DNA from: Bdellovibrionota bacterium
Lineage (GTDB): Bacteria > Bdellovibrionota_C > UBA2361 > OMII01
Direction of reading: 5' to 3'
DNA length: 64,000 bases
Assembly (NCBI GenBank): GCA_044345405.1
Contig: JBIJBE010000001.1
Coordinates: 1 to 64,000 of the forward strand
The notes under the pieces are model-generated. The model was not told where the DNA came from, made no database searches, and saw nothing but the letters and a program-made list of their open reading frames with translations. Below are positions 20,353 to 29,188 of this stretch, piece by piece. The first letter of the stretch is position 1, and every line of letters begins with the position of its first letter. The position numbers were made by a program, and so were the translations under genes.

Positions 20353-20751
20353 ATGTGTATGTTTCCTGTACTAAACCGATACGATGAAGTGTTTCAGATC
20401 GAGATGGATGGATGGTGCTTCGGTATCACCAACTATCCCGGTGAGGTGTCCGCTCAGGTTGTTCACCGGATCATCCGTTTGCTCGCGTCCTCATTTCAAA
20501 CCGCGATTGAGCACAACGTAGTGTTCGACATCCTCGACCTTGCCTCCAAGTTTTCAGTAGCCGCTCGATGCCTGGTACACGAGCAGGAGATCGCCTACAG
20601 CATTATCGCGCAACTCCCGAACCCAGCTAATCTTCACGAGGACCAGCAGTGCGTTCTAGGTATGGTGATCGACAAGGTCGAGCAGAAGTACCCAGGAGTT
20701 CTTGAAACGTTCTATAAGCGTTGGCAGATCGGTACGCGAGAGGCGGCGTAA
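20353..20751 (+). CDS. Hypothetical globular protein
   Basis: 132-aa ORF with protein-like composition, operonic with the upstream gene. Confidence 0.75.
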   Translation: MCMFPVLNRYDEVFQIEMDGWCFGITNYPGEVSAQVVHRIIRLLASSFQTAIEHNVVFDILDLASKFSVAARCLVHEQEIAYSIIAQLPNPANLHEDQQCVLGMVIDKVEQKYPGVLETFYKRWQIGTREAA

Positions 20752-21125
20752 ATTTCCATCTGGTTCGGTACGCCATACAATCCGGAGGGCCTGTGTCCTC
20801 ACAGGCCGGAAGCCTGAACTTAATATCCATCCGGGTTCCGCCTGTCCCCATACCGCAGCGACGGGGGAGCCCGTCAGCACCCTTTCGCTAAAGCTACAGG
20901 GCACAAGGAGCGCGGCCCTCCCGATCGCGCTTGCGGCTTGCCAGTCCGCCGCCGCGTTTGCGCTCGCCTGGATGCGTTTCATCGAGCGCAGTCGAGCCCC
21001 CGTCACGGCGTAGTACGCTCGCGCTTTTTCTGGTTACCCCAAATGTTCCACAGCATCGTTCCGCACCCGCCCTCGCGTCGTCGGTCGAACTCTTTCCACT
21101 AAGAGCGTTTGACGGTGTCGAGCGA

Positions 21126-23516
21126 TTATTCCAAGAGATCTTCCACCTTCGCGGCGGCAGCTTTCGCTTTATCTCTTGCCTTCTGGAGAGCTTCCTCCTG
21201 TTTCTTTACCTCGGCGTCCGCTGACTCCCGCTCCGCGAGCTGTCGAGCGTTCGCCTTTTTGAGGTCAGCTAAGAGATCCGTGTCGAAGGTCTTCTTGTAG
21301 TGCTCTCGTATCTGATCGCTCTGAGCCTTGTCCGAGCCGAGAGCCTCTCGAATGACCTTCTTTCGCTGCGCGGGATCCGCAAGGTCCCCAGCCTCAATCA
21401 GAGAGCGGAGGAAAAGTGCTTCTGCCTCCGCTTTGTTACCTGTGAGTCGCGCATCGAATGCCTTTTGATGGATGCCGTCCTCCTTGAAGATCATGCCATC
21501 CTTGGGAAGTTTGTTTCGCACACTCTTGACCTCAGGATTTTCCGCGATGAGTTTTAAAACTTCTTTTAGATCGCTCACGGAACGAAGAATCTCGGTGACC
21601 CGGATAGGGTCCGGTTCGTAGAAAGTTGCTGGTCTTCCTAAGGTCGGCCCACTTGATGGAAGAAGTACCTCTCGACCTCTCTTCGCGTTGGATATCTCTT
21701 GGGCCGCCGCATCCGCTATCTTTCGATTGAAGAAGCTCATCGGGTCGAAGGTTTCTTGCTCCTGCTGAAATTTATAGTTGTTTTTGATGTAGTTGATGAA
21801 GGCTTTTTTGCCTTTGTCATCGAGCGAGTTGTGGAGATCCATGTTCTTGGTGGTCCAATCACGAGTTTGCGTCACGCCCGGGTTGGCTTGGAGTGTAGCG
21901 AACGAGTCGTTGATCTTCTTCACGAGCTCCTTTTGAGCTTGAATCTCCTTCTGCTTAGCTTGCTCTCGGAGCTCTGTTACCTTGGTGGCGACCTGCTCAG
22001 CTGTTGGAAGATCTTTTTGTTCCGGTTTGGTAATAGCGGTTATCGCTTGGTCGAGCTCTTTACCGTTCGCGATATTTTGCTTTTGCTCTCGAAGGATATC
22101 GTTCACGTCGCTCTTCAGCTCCATGCGCTGCGCTCTCCGCTCCGATTCCTCAAGGCGCTTCATGAGATCGGCGTTGCGAGCTTCGCTCTCTTGAAGCTTC
22201 TTCATCATCGCTTCGGTGGTGTCGGTTGCTTTCTTGAGGGTTTCCTCGAGCTTCGCGATGGTCGCTTCCATCTGCTGGGTTGGAGCCTTCGTTACCGGGT
22301 CGGGAATAGGCGCGGGGGTGGCTTTCAGCTCGGGAGTCGACGCCGGTACTGGTGGCGTTGAAGGTACAATTTTAAGTTCCCCCGTCACAACGCCTCCATC
22401 GACGAGAGGTATGGCTTTTGGCGGATTCGCCGCCTCACGCATAGGAGGGCGGATGGTTGGAGCCGCTTCCGGCACCATGTGTAGTGGGCCGAGGACGGGC
22501 GCACCAGCTGTTGTTGGAACCTCCGATGGTTTTATAACGGGCACTTCTATTCCACCGTTTGCTTTCGGTGGCGCTGGAATCGGGGAGTTCGTTGGCTTTG
22601 CGTTCCCGACCCCTTGTGTCGATTTATCGGCTACCATCTTTGGAAGTTCTGTTGGAGGAGGAGGTGTCGCTACCGTTTTCAGCGTGCCCTGAACCTTTTC
22701 CCCAGTGGTCGTTGGGATGCCCAGGTTAGGTTGAGCTGGTTGGGTGGTGGTGGCCGGGGCTCGCATAGAAGGCGCCGTTGTCCTCTCACTTTGATACGCG
22801 ATGGCGGCGACCTGTTTAAGGTCCTCGCCCGCTCGCCGGCTCTTCATCGCTATCCCGATGTCGTGTTCGATGCGAGAGCCTTCCGCGTTAAACCCGTTGT
22901 TTTCGATCCGGTTTCGTATCAGTTCGTAGGCCTTCGTCTCCATGCCGCCTGAGGCACCGACAGAGATGAGAAGCTTGTCCATGTACTCTCGAACGCGGCT
23001 CCCTTTGGCCGTTTCTCCGGCGTTAACCTCCTGTTGAACTCTCTGATACAGCCCGCTTCCGGCATTTTCGCGTAGGTGTTTTCCCTCCTCGGTAAAGGGA
23101 ACGTTCTTATGCAGCGTGTCTCGCATTTCAGGGAAGCGTTGTCCTAAAAGCTGTGCGGTCTTCTCAGGGTTTATGAGGTAGGCCCTCACTACGGCGGGAT
23201 TCTCGAACTCTTTCATGAGAGCGGCAGCCTGTGGGGAGCGAGATTGTGATAGCTCCGGCATCATCACAGAGACAACTGCCATCATTGATTGGTCGGCGTG
23301 ACGTCTGTAGTCGAGGGGGGCGGGAGTTCCGGTCTCGGCGTGCTGATGGCCGAACTTTCCATCCTTGAGCACCTCCGCGCCCTTGCGCATATCCATCGGT
23401 TTCTGCCGACGCACGTCCTCTCGCTTGCCATCGGGCAGGTTGGCTTTATCGAGTTCCGCTTGTTTTTGCTGCTCTTGACGATTTCGATCCTGTCCCTTGT
23501 CAAAGCCTATTCCCAT
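21126..23516 (-). CDS. Large hypothetical protein with Pro/Thr-rich linker and coiled coil
   Basis: About 800-aa ORF with ATG at 23516 and GGAG RBS. P/T/A-rich central region followed by E/K/Q heptads. Confidence 0.8.
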   Translation of the reverse strand: MGIGFDKGQDRNRQEQQKQAELDKANLPDGKREDVRRQKPMDMRKGAEVLKDGKFGHQHAETGTPAPLDYRRHADQSMMAVVSVMMPELSQSRSPQAAALMKEFENPAVVRAYLINPEKTAQLLGQRFPEMRDTLHKNVPFTEEGKHLRENAGSGLYQRVQQEVNAGETAKGSRVREYMDKLLISVGASGGMETKAYELIRNRIENNGFNAEGSRIEHDIGIAMKSRRAGEDLKQVAAIAYQSERTTAPSMRAPATTTQPAQPNLGIPTTTGEKVQGTLKTVATPPPPTELPKMVADKSTQGVGNAKPTNSPIPAPPKANGGIEVPVIKPSEVPTTAGAPVLGPLHMVPEAAPTIRPPMREAANPPKAIPLVDGGVVTGELKIVPSTPPVPASTPELKATPAPIPDPVTKAPTQQMEATIAKLEETLKKATDTTEAMMKKLQESEARNADLMKRLEESERRAQRMELKSDVNDILREQKQNIANGKELDQAITAITKPEQKDLPTAEQVATKVTELREQAKQKEIQAQKELVKKINDSFATLQANPGVTQTRDWTTKNMDLHNSLDDKGKKAFINYIKNNYKFQQEQETFDPMSFFNRKIADAAAQEISNAKRGREVLLPSSGPTLGRPATFYEPDPIRVTEILRSVSDLKEVLKLIAENPEVKSVRNKLPKDGMIFKEDGIHQKAFDARLTGNKAEAEALFLRSLIEAGDLADPAQRKKVIREALGSDKAQSDQIREHYKKTFDTDLLADLKKANARQLAERESADAEVKKQEEALQKARDKAKAAAAKVEDLLE

Positions 23517-23585
23517 ACTCCGTTCTCCCCGCCTTACCAAGCGTCGACCTCTGTGGTCGACCTGATTTGGATAGATTCAAGGTTT

Positions 23586-23613
23586 GTAGCGGCTGTTTGG
23601 TAAATCCTCTTAA
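23586..23613 (-). promoter_or_regulatory. Sigma-28-like promoter
   Basis: Minus strand reads TTAAG-N15-GCCGCTAC, upstream of the ~800-aa gene. Confidence 0.45.
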
Positions 23614-23761
23614 GTGTCCGGCTCTCTTTCATGTTTTTTTCAGAAAGGAGAGGGGCGAGGGGGAGTGAAAATATCCTTTTATCGACGCCTTACGTGGAGT
23701 AGAACCACTCTGTCTAATCCGCCACCCTGCATGTCAGATGGCCTCTATTGGTAGGAACCTT

Positions 23762-24112
23762 ATGCGTATACTTGTTCTCCTCACGTTCGCCCTCTCTATC
23801 CTTGGCGTTGGTGTCGCCTCTGCTACCCCTAACTGCCGCGCATGCCCGTATTCGTGCAGCGACCTTGGGCTTGGTAAGAAAGATTGCAGCTTCGTAAGTG
23901 AAGCTAAGGGGATCTGTTGCGTTGATCTCACTCAAAAGGGGCTTGAGATCGCCGCCGCCCAAGAGGCCGCAATTAAGGCTAACGCCTCTAACCAGGCCAC
24001 TCAGTGTCCTCGTGGCTTTACCCCTCGTGAGCGACGATGTTCGGACCAAGAGCGTGCGAAGGGATGCAAGGATATGCGCCTTTCAAATGGGCAGGGGTGC
24101 GTGAAGCCGTAA
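23762..24112 (+). CDS. Small secreted cysteine-rich protein
   Basis: Signal peptide MRILVLLTFALSILGVGVASA, 10 Cys in the mature part, AGGA RBS. Confidence 0.8.
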   Translation: MRILVLLTFALSILGVGVASATPNCRACPYSCSDLGLGKKDCSFVSEAKGICCVDLTQKGLEIAAAQEAAIKANASNQATQCPRGFTPRERRCSDQERAKGCKDMRLSNGQGCVKP

Positions 24113-24171
24113 TACGGTCGCCTCACGTAACGCGGCGGTCGGGGCAACCGCGCTCCCGTTGCGCTGCCCGC

Positions 24172-24276
24172 GACATCGGAGGGCGCTCATTCCTGAGCGC
24201 CAAGTGGTTACGCGTCATGAACGTCGTTCGTAATGCGCGATATGCCGGCGACCAGGAATGGTCGCCCTCCGATGTC
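24172..24276. repeat. REPIN-like element A (inverted GGAG-hairpin doublet)
   Basis: GACATC GGAG GGCGCTCA-TTCC-TGAGCGCC, 45-nt spacer, then GGCGACCA-GGAA-TGGTCGCC CTCC GATGTC. Confidence 0.85.
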
Positions 24277-24299
24277 ACGAGTTGTAATGACGGCGGTGT

Positions 24300-26411
24300 T
24301 TAATACGGCTTATATCGCACGCCGTGTTCCGCTTCTAACTTCACCAAACGCTCCCGAATTGAATCCAATCCCTCTTTCTCGGCGTGATAAATAACGCCCC
24401 CACGGAACGGTGGAAATCCGATCCCCATCACCGTCCCAAGATCGATCTGTTTCTTCGCGAGCTCTCTATCGTCGCCAGCTACCCCCTCGTTGAGACACTT
24501 CATCGCTTCATTCACGAGGTGCAGGATTAACCGATCGGCAATCTCTTGCTGTGATCGTTGTTTGGTCGGTTTCGTTGGAAGACCGAGCGCCTGAGCGAGC
24601 CCGTTCCATGGCGTACTCTCTTTCCCCGTGTAGGTGTAAAACCCGGCGCCGTTCTTGCGACCTTTCCGGTCAAGCGCTACCAGCTTCTCGGCAAAATCGG
24701 GAACCGCCATGCGGTCACCGTAGCCATTCACCATCACCTTAGAAACGTGCGCCGCGACATCGAGCCCGACCTCATCGAGGAGTCGGATCGGCCCCATCGG
24801 CATACCGAACGCTAACGCCGCCTTGTCGATCGCTTCGATTGAGTGCCCTTCCATGAGAAGGTACACCGCCTCATTTAAATAAGGGATTAAGATTCGGTTG
24901 ATGAGAAACCCCGGCACATCTCGAACAACGATCGGGAACTTCCCGACCTCTGTCGTGAGGGCGGCGACCTTCGCTATCGTCGCTTCGCTCGTCTTTTCGC
25001 CCCGAATGATCTCTACGAGCGGCATCTTCTCAACTGGGTTAAAAAAATGCATGCCGATGAATCGCTCCGGATTTGAGATCGCGGTAGCCATCTCGGTGAC
25101 GGAGAGCGAAGAGGTATTCGTCGCGAGGATGCTGTCAGGATGAACCTGTCCGGCGATGTGAGCGAAGATCTTCTTTTTAAGGTTCATATCCTCAAAAACC
25201 GCCTCGATAACGATGCCGGTGCGCGCCATCGTGGGGCTCGCGAATTGGAGCCAGTCGATACGATTGGTGATGGCCGCTCTTTCAAAGGAGGAGAGGTAGC
25301 GAAGTTTTCCGAGCTCCTTCGCGGTATGATCTTTTCCTCGTTGAAGACTCGCGTCAGTCGTATCCTTGACGATCACTTGATGGTTCGCTTTCGCGAGTGC
25401 TCCCGCGATTCCGGCGCCCATCGTTCCCGCTCCGATTACGAGCGCGTGCAGGTCAGTGATCTCTTTGCGGGCGGATTTGCCGAGCCCCTTCGCGGCTTCG
25501 GTGAGGAAGAAGAGGTGGACGAGCGCTTTACTCTCCGGGGTTATAATGAGTTTCCCGAGCTCCTTCGCCTCAACCGCGAGTCCGCTCTCCCGTCCCCGGC
25601 CGAGTCCCGCTACCGTTACATCGAGAGCTCTCACAGGCGCTGGATAGAATCCCTTCGTTTGCTTGAGGAGCGCCTTCTTCGCCTGCGTTAGTACGAACGA
25701 ACGTCCGAGGGGATTGGATGAGAGGATTCGATCCATCAACCGAACCTTCTTGCGTTTGGGGGGGCTTTCACCCCGCGCGATCTCCTCAGCTCGAGCGATG
25801 AGCTTTTCGGGAGCTACTACCTCATCGACGAGAGAGGCCTTGTACGCTTGCTGTGCTTTGAGGGTTTTCCCAGCGAGGATGATATCGAGCGCCTTCGGAA
25901 GCCCCACGACCCGCGGCATTCGGTAGGTTCCGCCGAAACCGGGTAGGATGCCAAGTTTTGTTTCGGGTAGTCCGATCGAACTCGAGGGTGCATCGGTGAT
26001 GATTCGATAATCGCACGCGAGCACCATCTCGCATCCGCCTCCGACGCACGGTCCTCCGATAGCGGCGACGGTGATGCAGGGAAGATCCTCTAGGAGATCG
26101 TACGCGCCCTGTCCCTCGGCCGCGAGTGCCGCGCCCCGCTCTTCGTCAGTGACGCTCTGAATGAGTGAGATGTCGGCTCCTACGCAGAACGACTCAACCG
26201 ATGGCGCGCGAATAACTAATCCTTTGACCCCTGATGTCTTCACCTCTCGAAGAGCTTCGGTGAACGAAGTAAGTCTGACAGGAGTGAGCGTAATCGCTCG
26301 CTCGTCCGGACCTCCGAGTGTTATCGTGGCTACCTTTCGATCCTCCGAGAAGGTCAGGACGACGGTGGAGGATTGGTGGGTGGGGCGAGTCATGGCTGCG
26401 GCGTCGGTCAT
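24300..26411 (-). CDS. fadJ: Fatty acid oxidation complex alpha subunit (enoyl-CoA hydratase / 3-hydroxyacyl-CoA dehydrogenase)
   Basis: FCVGADI, GGGCE, GLPETKLGILPGFGG, GAGTMGAG, ATNTSSL, GMHFFNP, GIGFPPFRGG. Confidence 0.93.
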   Translation of the reverse strand: MTDAAAMTRPTHQSSTVVLTFSEDRKVATITLGGPDERAITLTPVRLTSFTEALREVKTSGVKGLVIRAPSVESFCVGADISLIQSVTDEERGAALAAEGQGAYDLLEDLPCITVAAIGGPCVGGGCEMVLACDYRIITDAPSSSIGLPETKLGILPGFGGTYRMPRVVGLPKALDIILAGKTLKAQQAYKASLVDEVVAPEKLIARAEEIARGESPPKRKKVRLMDRILSSNPLGRSFVLTQAKKALLKQTKGFYPAPVRALDVTVAGLGRGRESGLAVEAKELGKLIITPESKALVHLFFLTEAAKGLGKSARKEITDLHALVIGAGTMGAGIAGALAKANHQVIVKDTTDASLQRGKDHTAKELGKLRYLSSFERAAITNRIDWLQFASPTMARTGIVIEAVFEDMNLKKKIFAHIAGQVHPDSILATNTSSLSVTEMATAISNPERFIGMHFFNPVEKMPLVEIIRGEKTSEATIAKVAALTTEVGKFPIVVRDVPGFLINRILIPYLNEAVYLLMEGHSIEAIDKAALAFGMPMGPIRLLDEVGLDVAAHVSKVMVNGYGDRMAVPDFAEKLVALDRKGRKNGAGFYTYTGKESTPWNGLAQALGLPTKPTKQRSQQEIADRLILHLVNEAMKCLNEGVAGDDRELAKKQIDLGTVMGIGFPPFRGGVIYHAEKEGLDSIRERLVKLEAEHGVRYKPY

Positions 26412-26539
26412 CTCGTTGTCTTCCGTTCGATAGGTGGGCGTCGACCGTCATCCTATAGGTGACGATAACAATTGAAACTATCGGCGTTCAAGAGCGCTTG
26501 GCAAAGGGCGTTCTCATGCCGCTTATATCTATCACGATA

Positions 26540-26566
26540 TCAAGGTGTTGGATGATATGTCGACAT
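26540..26566 (+). promoter_or_regulatory. Sigma-28-like promoter upstream of cysQ
   Basis: TCAA-N15-GTCGACAT. Confidence 0.35.
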
Positions 26567-26594
26567 AGATTGTGAGGGTGGGTAGAGTTGGGAG

Positions 26595-27455
26595 ATGACG
26601 TTTGAGGTCGCCGCAAATCATGATGCCCCGTTAGGTTCCGATTGGAACACCTTTCTCGCCTCTATTGGAGGCACTGAATTTATCGTTGAGGTCGCCCGTC
26701 ACGCCTCGTCTGCCATTATGGAGATCTATGCGCGGAACTCCATCACGCACAAACAGAAGAACGATGGATCTCCAGTATCTGAGGCTGATGTTGCCGCCGC
26801 GGCGATTATCGAACGAATGCTCGAAAGGACCGGTCGGCCTGTCGTGTGCGAGGAGGGATTGCTTCCCTCGATTCAGGGCCATTCGCTCTATTGGCTCGTC
26901 GATCCGTTAGATGGAACCAAGGAGTTTATCGCTCGAAATGGGGAGTTCTCCGTGAATATCGCCTTGGTCGCTGGAGATGAACCGGTTGTTGGTATTATCG
27001 CGATACCGGTCACAGGCGAGGTCTATGTTGGTGTGAAAGGAAAAGGTGCTGAGCGGTGGATGAACGGTGAGCGTTCCGCGATCTCAAATACTCGCAGCTC
27101 CGTTTCGTATATCGCCGCGTCTAGTCGTTCGTATAGTTCTCCCGAGATCGACGCGTGGCTTGAGCGTTTCGGAGTAGGGGAGCGACTTCGGTGCGGCTCC
27201 GCTATCAAATTCTGTCGCCTTGCGGAGGGGAAAGCTGATCTTTATCTCCGACTCGGTCGAACGATGGAGTGGGATACCGCCGCGGGGCAGGTAATCATAG
27301 AGGAGTCCGGATGTCGACTCGTGACACTCCCCAACCAGGAGCGTTTGCGATACGGCAAACCCACCTTCGCGAATTCCGATTTTGTGGCACTGCGCGCCGA
27401 CATCTCCCTTCCCGATACCGACGTAGTTTCGGCCATCGCCGTGAACCAGTCGTAG
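26595..27455 (+). CDS. cysQ: 3'(2'),5'-bisphosphate nucleotidase CysQ
   Basis: SPVSEAD, WLVDPLDGTKEF, EFSVNIAL, GSAIKFC, TMEWDTAAG. Confidence 0.93.
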   Translation: MTFEVAANHDAPLGSDWNTFLASIGGTEFIVEVARHASSAIMEIYARNSITHKQKNDGSPVSEADVAAAAIIERMLERTGRPVVCEEGLLPSIQGHSLYWLVDPLDGTKEFIARNGEFSVNIALVAGDEPVVGIIAIPVTGEVYVGVKGKGAERWMNGERSAISNTRSSVSYIAASSRSYSSPEIDAWLERFGVGERLRCGSAIKFCRLAEGKADLYLRLGRTMEWDTAAGQVIIEESGCRLVTLPNQERLRYGKPTFANSDFVALRADISLPDTDVVSAIAVNQS

Positions 27456-27643
27456 CATCGCACTCTCCCTCTAGGGAGTTCCTTTTCGCAGTCCCTGTAT
27501 TTCTCCGCTTTATACGCCGCTACGAGTGTGTATCTGCATGTATCTGTCTGAGTGCCGCCTCAAGAGGGATGGAAGCGCGCGTGACTTCCCGATATGGTCG
27601 TGCCTTCCCTTAAGGTTTTCTTTCACTAGAAAGGAGCTCTCTC

Positions 27644-27979
27644 GTGAATCGTATCACGTGTCGAGTTTGGTGGGTGAATGAGTACGGCAAGATGCATGCG
27701 TATCGCGCGTTCGTCACGCGGCGTGAGAACGGCGGGGATTGCGCTCTGTATCTCACCTACGTGAAGAAGTTTAACTGGAGCGCGCCCTCTCGAGGCGCAC
27801 GGGAAGATTCCTCAAAGGTTCCCACACTCTCTGTTGGAGAGCCGTGGGTCGACCACCAGGACATCGTACTCGAAGGTCTGCGGTACGTTGAGTGTCATCA
27901 CTCTGAACCCAACGGTTTAACGTATTATCGCTCAGCGGATAGAACTTTAATCTATGTTGAGCATTTTGCGGAGAATTAG
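27644..27979 (+). CDS. Hypothetical protein
   Basis: GTG start with a strong AAGGAG RBS, 111 aa. Confidence 0.65.
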   Translation: MNRITCRVWWVNEYGKMHAYRAFVTRRENGGDCALYLTYVKKFNWSAPSRGAREDSSKVPTLSVGEPWVDHQDIVLEGLRYVECHHSEPNGLTYYRSADRTLIYVEHFAEN

Positions 27980-28076
27980 GTTTATTCGGGGAAGGGCTAT
28001 TTGGGTTGCGTAGCCGACAGTCACCTGACTGTATTTTCAAGCAACCCCTCATCTTCTCCTACCCGAAGCCACGTGG

Positions 28077-28499
28077 TTAGGGTCGATAGAGATCCGATGG
28101 CGCCATCTGATTGCATCGATCGAGTTGCGAGGAGAGCGAATCTCGCCGCTTTGACGTTAATGGTCCCATCTCAAGGGTCGCTCCAAGCTGAACGTCGAAG
28201 TTCTCAAGACATCCTCGATCTACTATCTCTGGTCCGAGAAACGCTGGCCCCTCCTCACCACGGGGAACCATGGGGGCGAAGTGTGAGCGTTTCGCCGCGA
28301 TCTCTCCGACTTGAGAGCCGACACAAATGGGTGAGACCGAAGCGCTTTCAAAACAAACGTCACGAGTTTCCGTCGGACGAGAGAGACAAGCCCTGACCAT
28401 CTGAGAGCAGTCTTCCTCATCGAAGGCTCGAGCTTGAGTAGCTAACGCCCCTATGCTGAGCGCCGAGAAAAGAAGTGATGGGCCGAAATGATTTCGCAT
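28077..28499 (-). CDS. Secreted cysteine-containing hypothetical protein
   Basis: Signal-like MRNHFGPSLLFSALSIGALATQARA, with 6 Cys in the mature region. Confidence 0.7.
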   Translation of the reverse strand: MRNHFGPSLLFSALSIGALATQARAFDEEDCSQMVRACLSRPTETRDVCFESASVSPICVGSQVGEIAAKRSHFAPMVPRGEEGPAFLGPEIVDRGCLENFDVQLGATLEMGPLTSKRRDSLSSQLDRCNQMAPSDLYRP

Positions 28500-28581
28500 G
28501 TCGTTATCGTAGAAACGAGACGCGATGAGGCGCATGATTACGCACAGGGGGGAACGGTCGAGCTTGAGAGTGTATCGGGTG

Positions 28582-29049
28582 TTAGGCTTCTTTAGCTGGT
28601 ACCACAAGTACTGGCTTAGGGGACGCCCGTAATACCTGCTCCGCGACGCTGCCCATAAAGGTGCGTCGTATGCCGGAACGTCCGTGCGACGCCATGACGA
28701 CAAGGTCCACGCCGCTCTCTTTGATGAAGTCGGCGATGATATGATGTACCGGCATCGCGGCTTCGCGAACGATGTACTCTGGGGATTGCTCTGGGAAATG
28801 GGTTTGGAGGTGCGCTTTGAGCTCGTTGATCGTCTTTTCCTTTATCGCCGCGATCGTCTCGGGAACGTACATCACCGGCATCTCCATCGACCCGCCGACA
28901 CCGAGTTGAATTGAGGTGTCGATGCAGGTGAGAACGTAGATCTTCGCGTTGTATGCCTTCGCGAGGGAGCGAACGAAGGGATACGCCTTAAGGGCTTCGT
29001 CTGAGAGATCGGTAGTAACGAGGATTTTTGTGAAGTCACCTGTAGACAT
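28582..29049 (-). CDS. Universal stress protein (UspA family)
   Basis: KILVTTDLS...DLVVMASHGRSG...MGSVAEQVLR...PVLVV. Confidence 0.95.
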   Translation of the reverse strand: MSTGDFTKILVTTDLSDEALKAYPFVRSLAKAYNAKIYVLTCIDTSIQLGVGGSMEMPVMYVPETIAAIKEKTINELKAHLQTHFPEQSPEYIVREAAMPVHHIIADFIKESGVDLVVMASHGRSGIRRTFMGSVAEQVLRASPKPVLVVPAKEA

Positions 29050-29188
29050 GTCCGCAAGCATCACGCTACGGCCATCCGTTGTCTAGGGGGATGATCATAC
29101 CCGCATCGTAAATCTCTTATTGTCATCGCCGCGACGCTACACGATGATACGGTTGTAGACCTTTTACCCATCTAAATCGGTGATTCGT

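Noticed and set aside
20885-20950. c-di-GMP-I riboswitch or 6S RNA call
   Set aside because: Only short motif resemblance. The GGYAAAC/GNRA P2 arm and the full 6S closing stem are not visible, so it is kept only as a generic ncRNA candidate.
19207-23540. Genomic island or prophage integrated at tRNA-Pro
   Set aside because: No integrase, no duplicated tRNA 3' end and no phage genes seen; the tRNA 3' side faces thrA.
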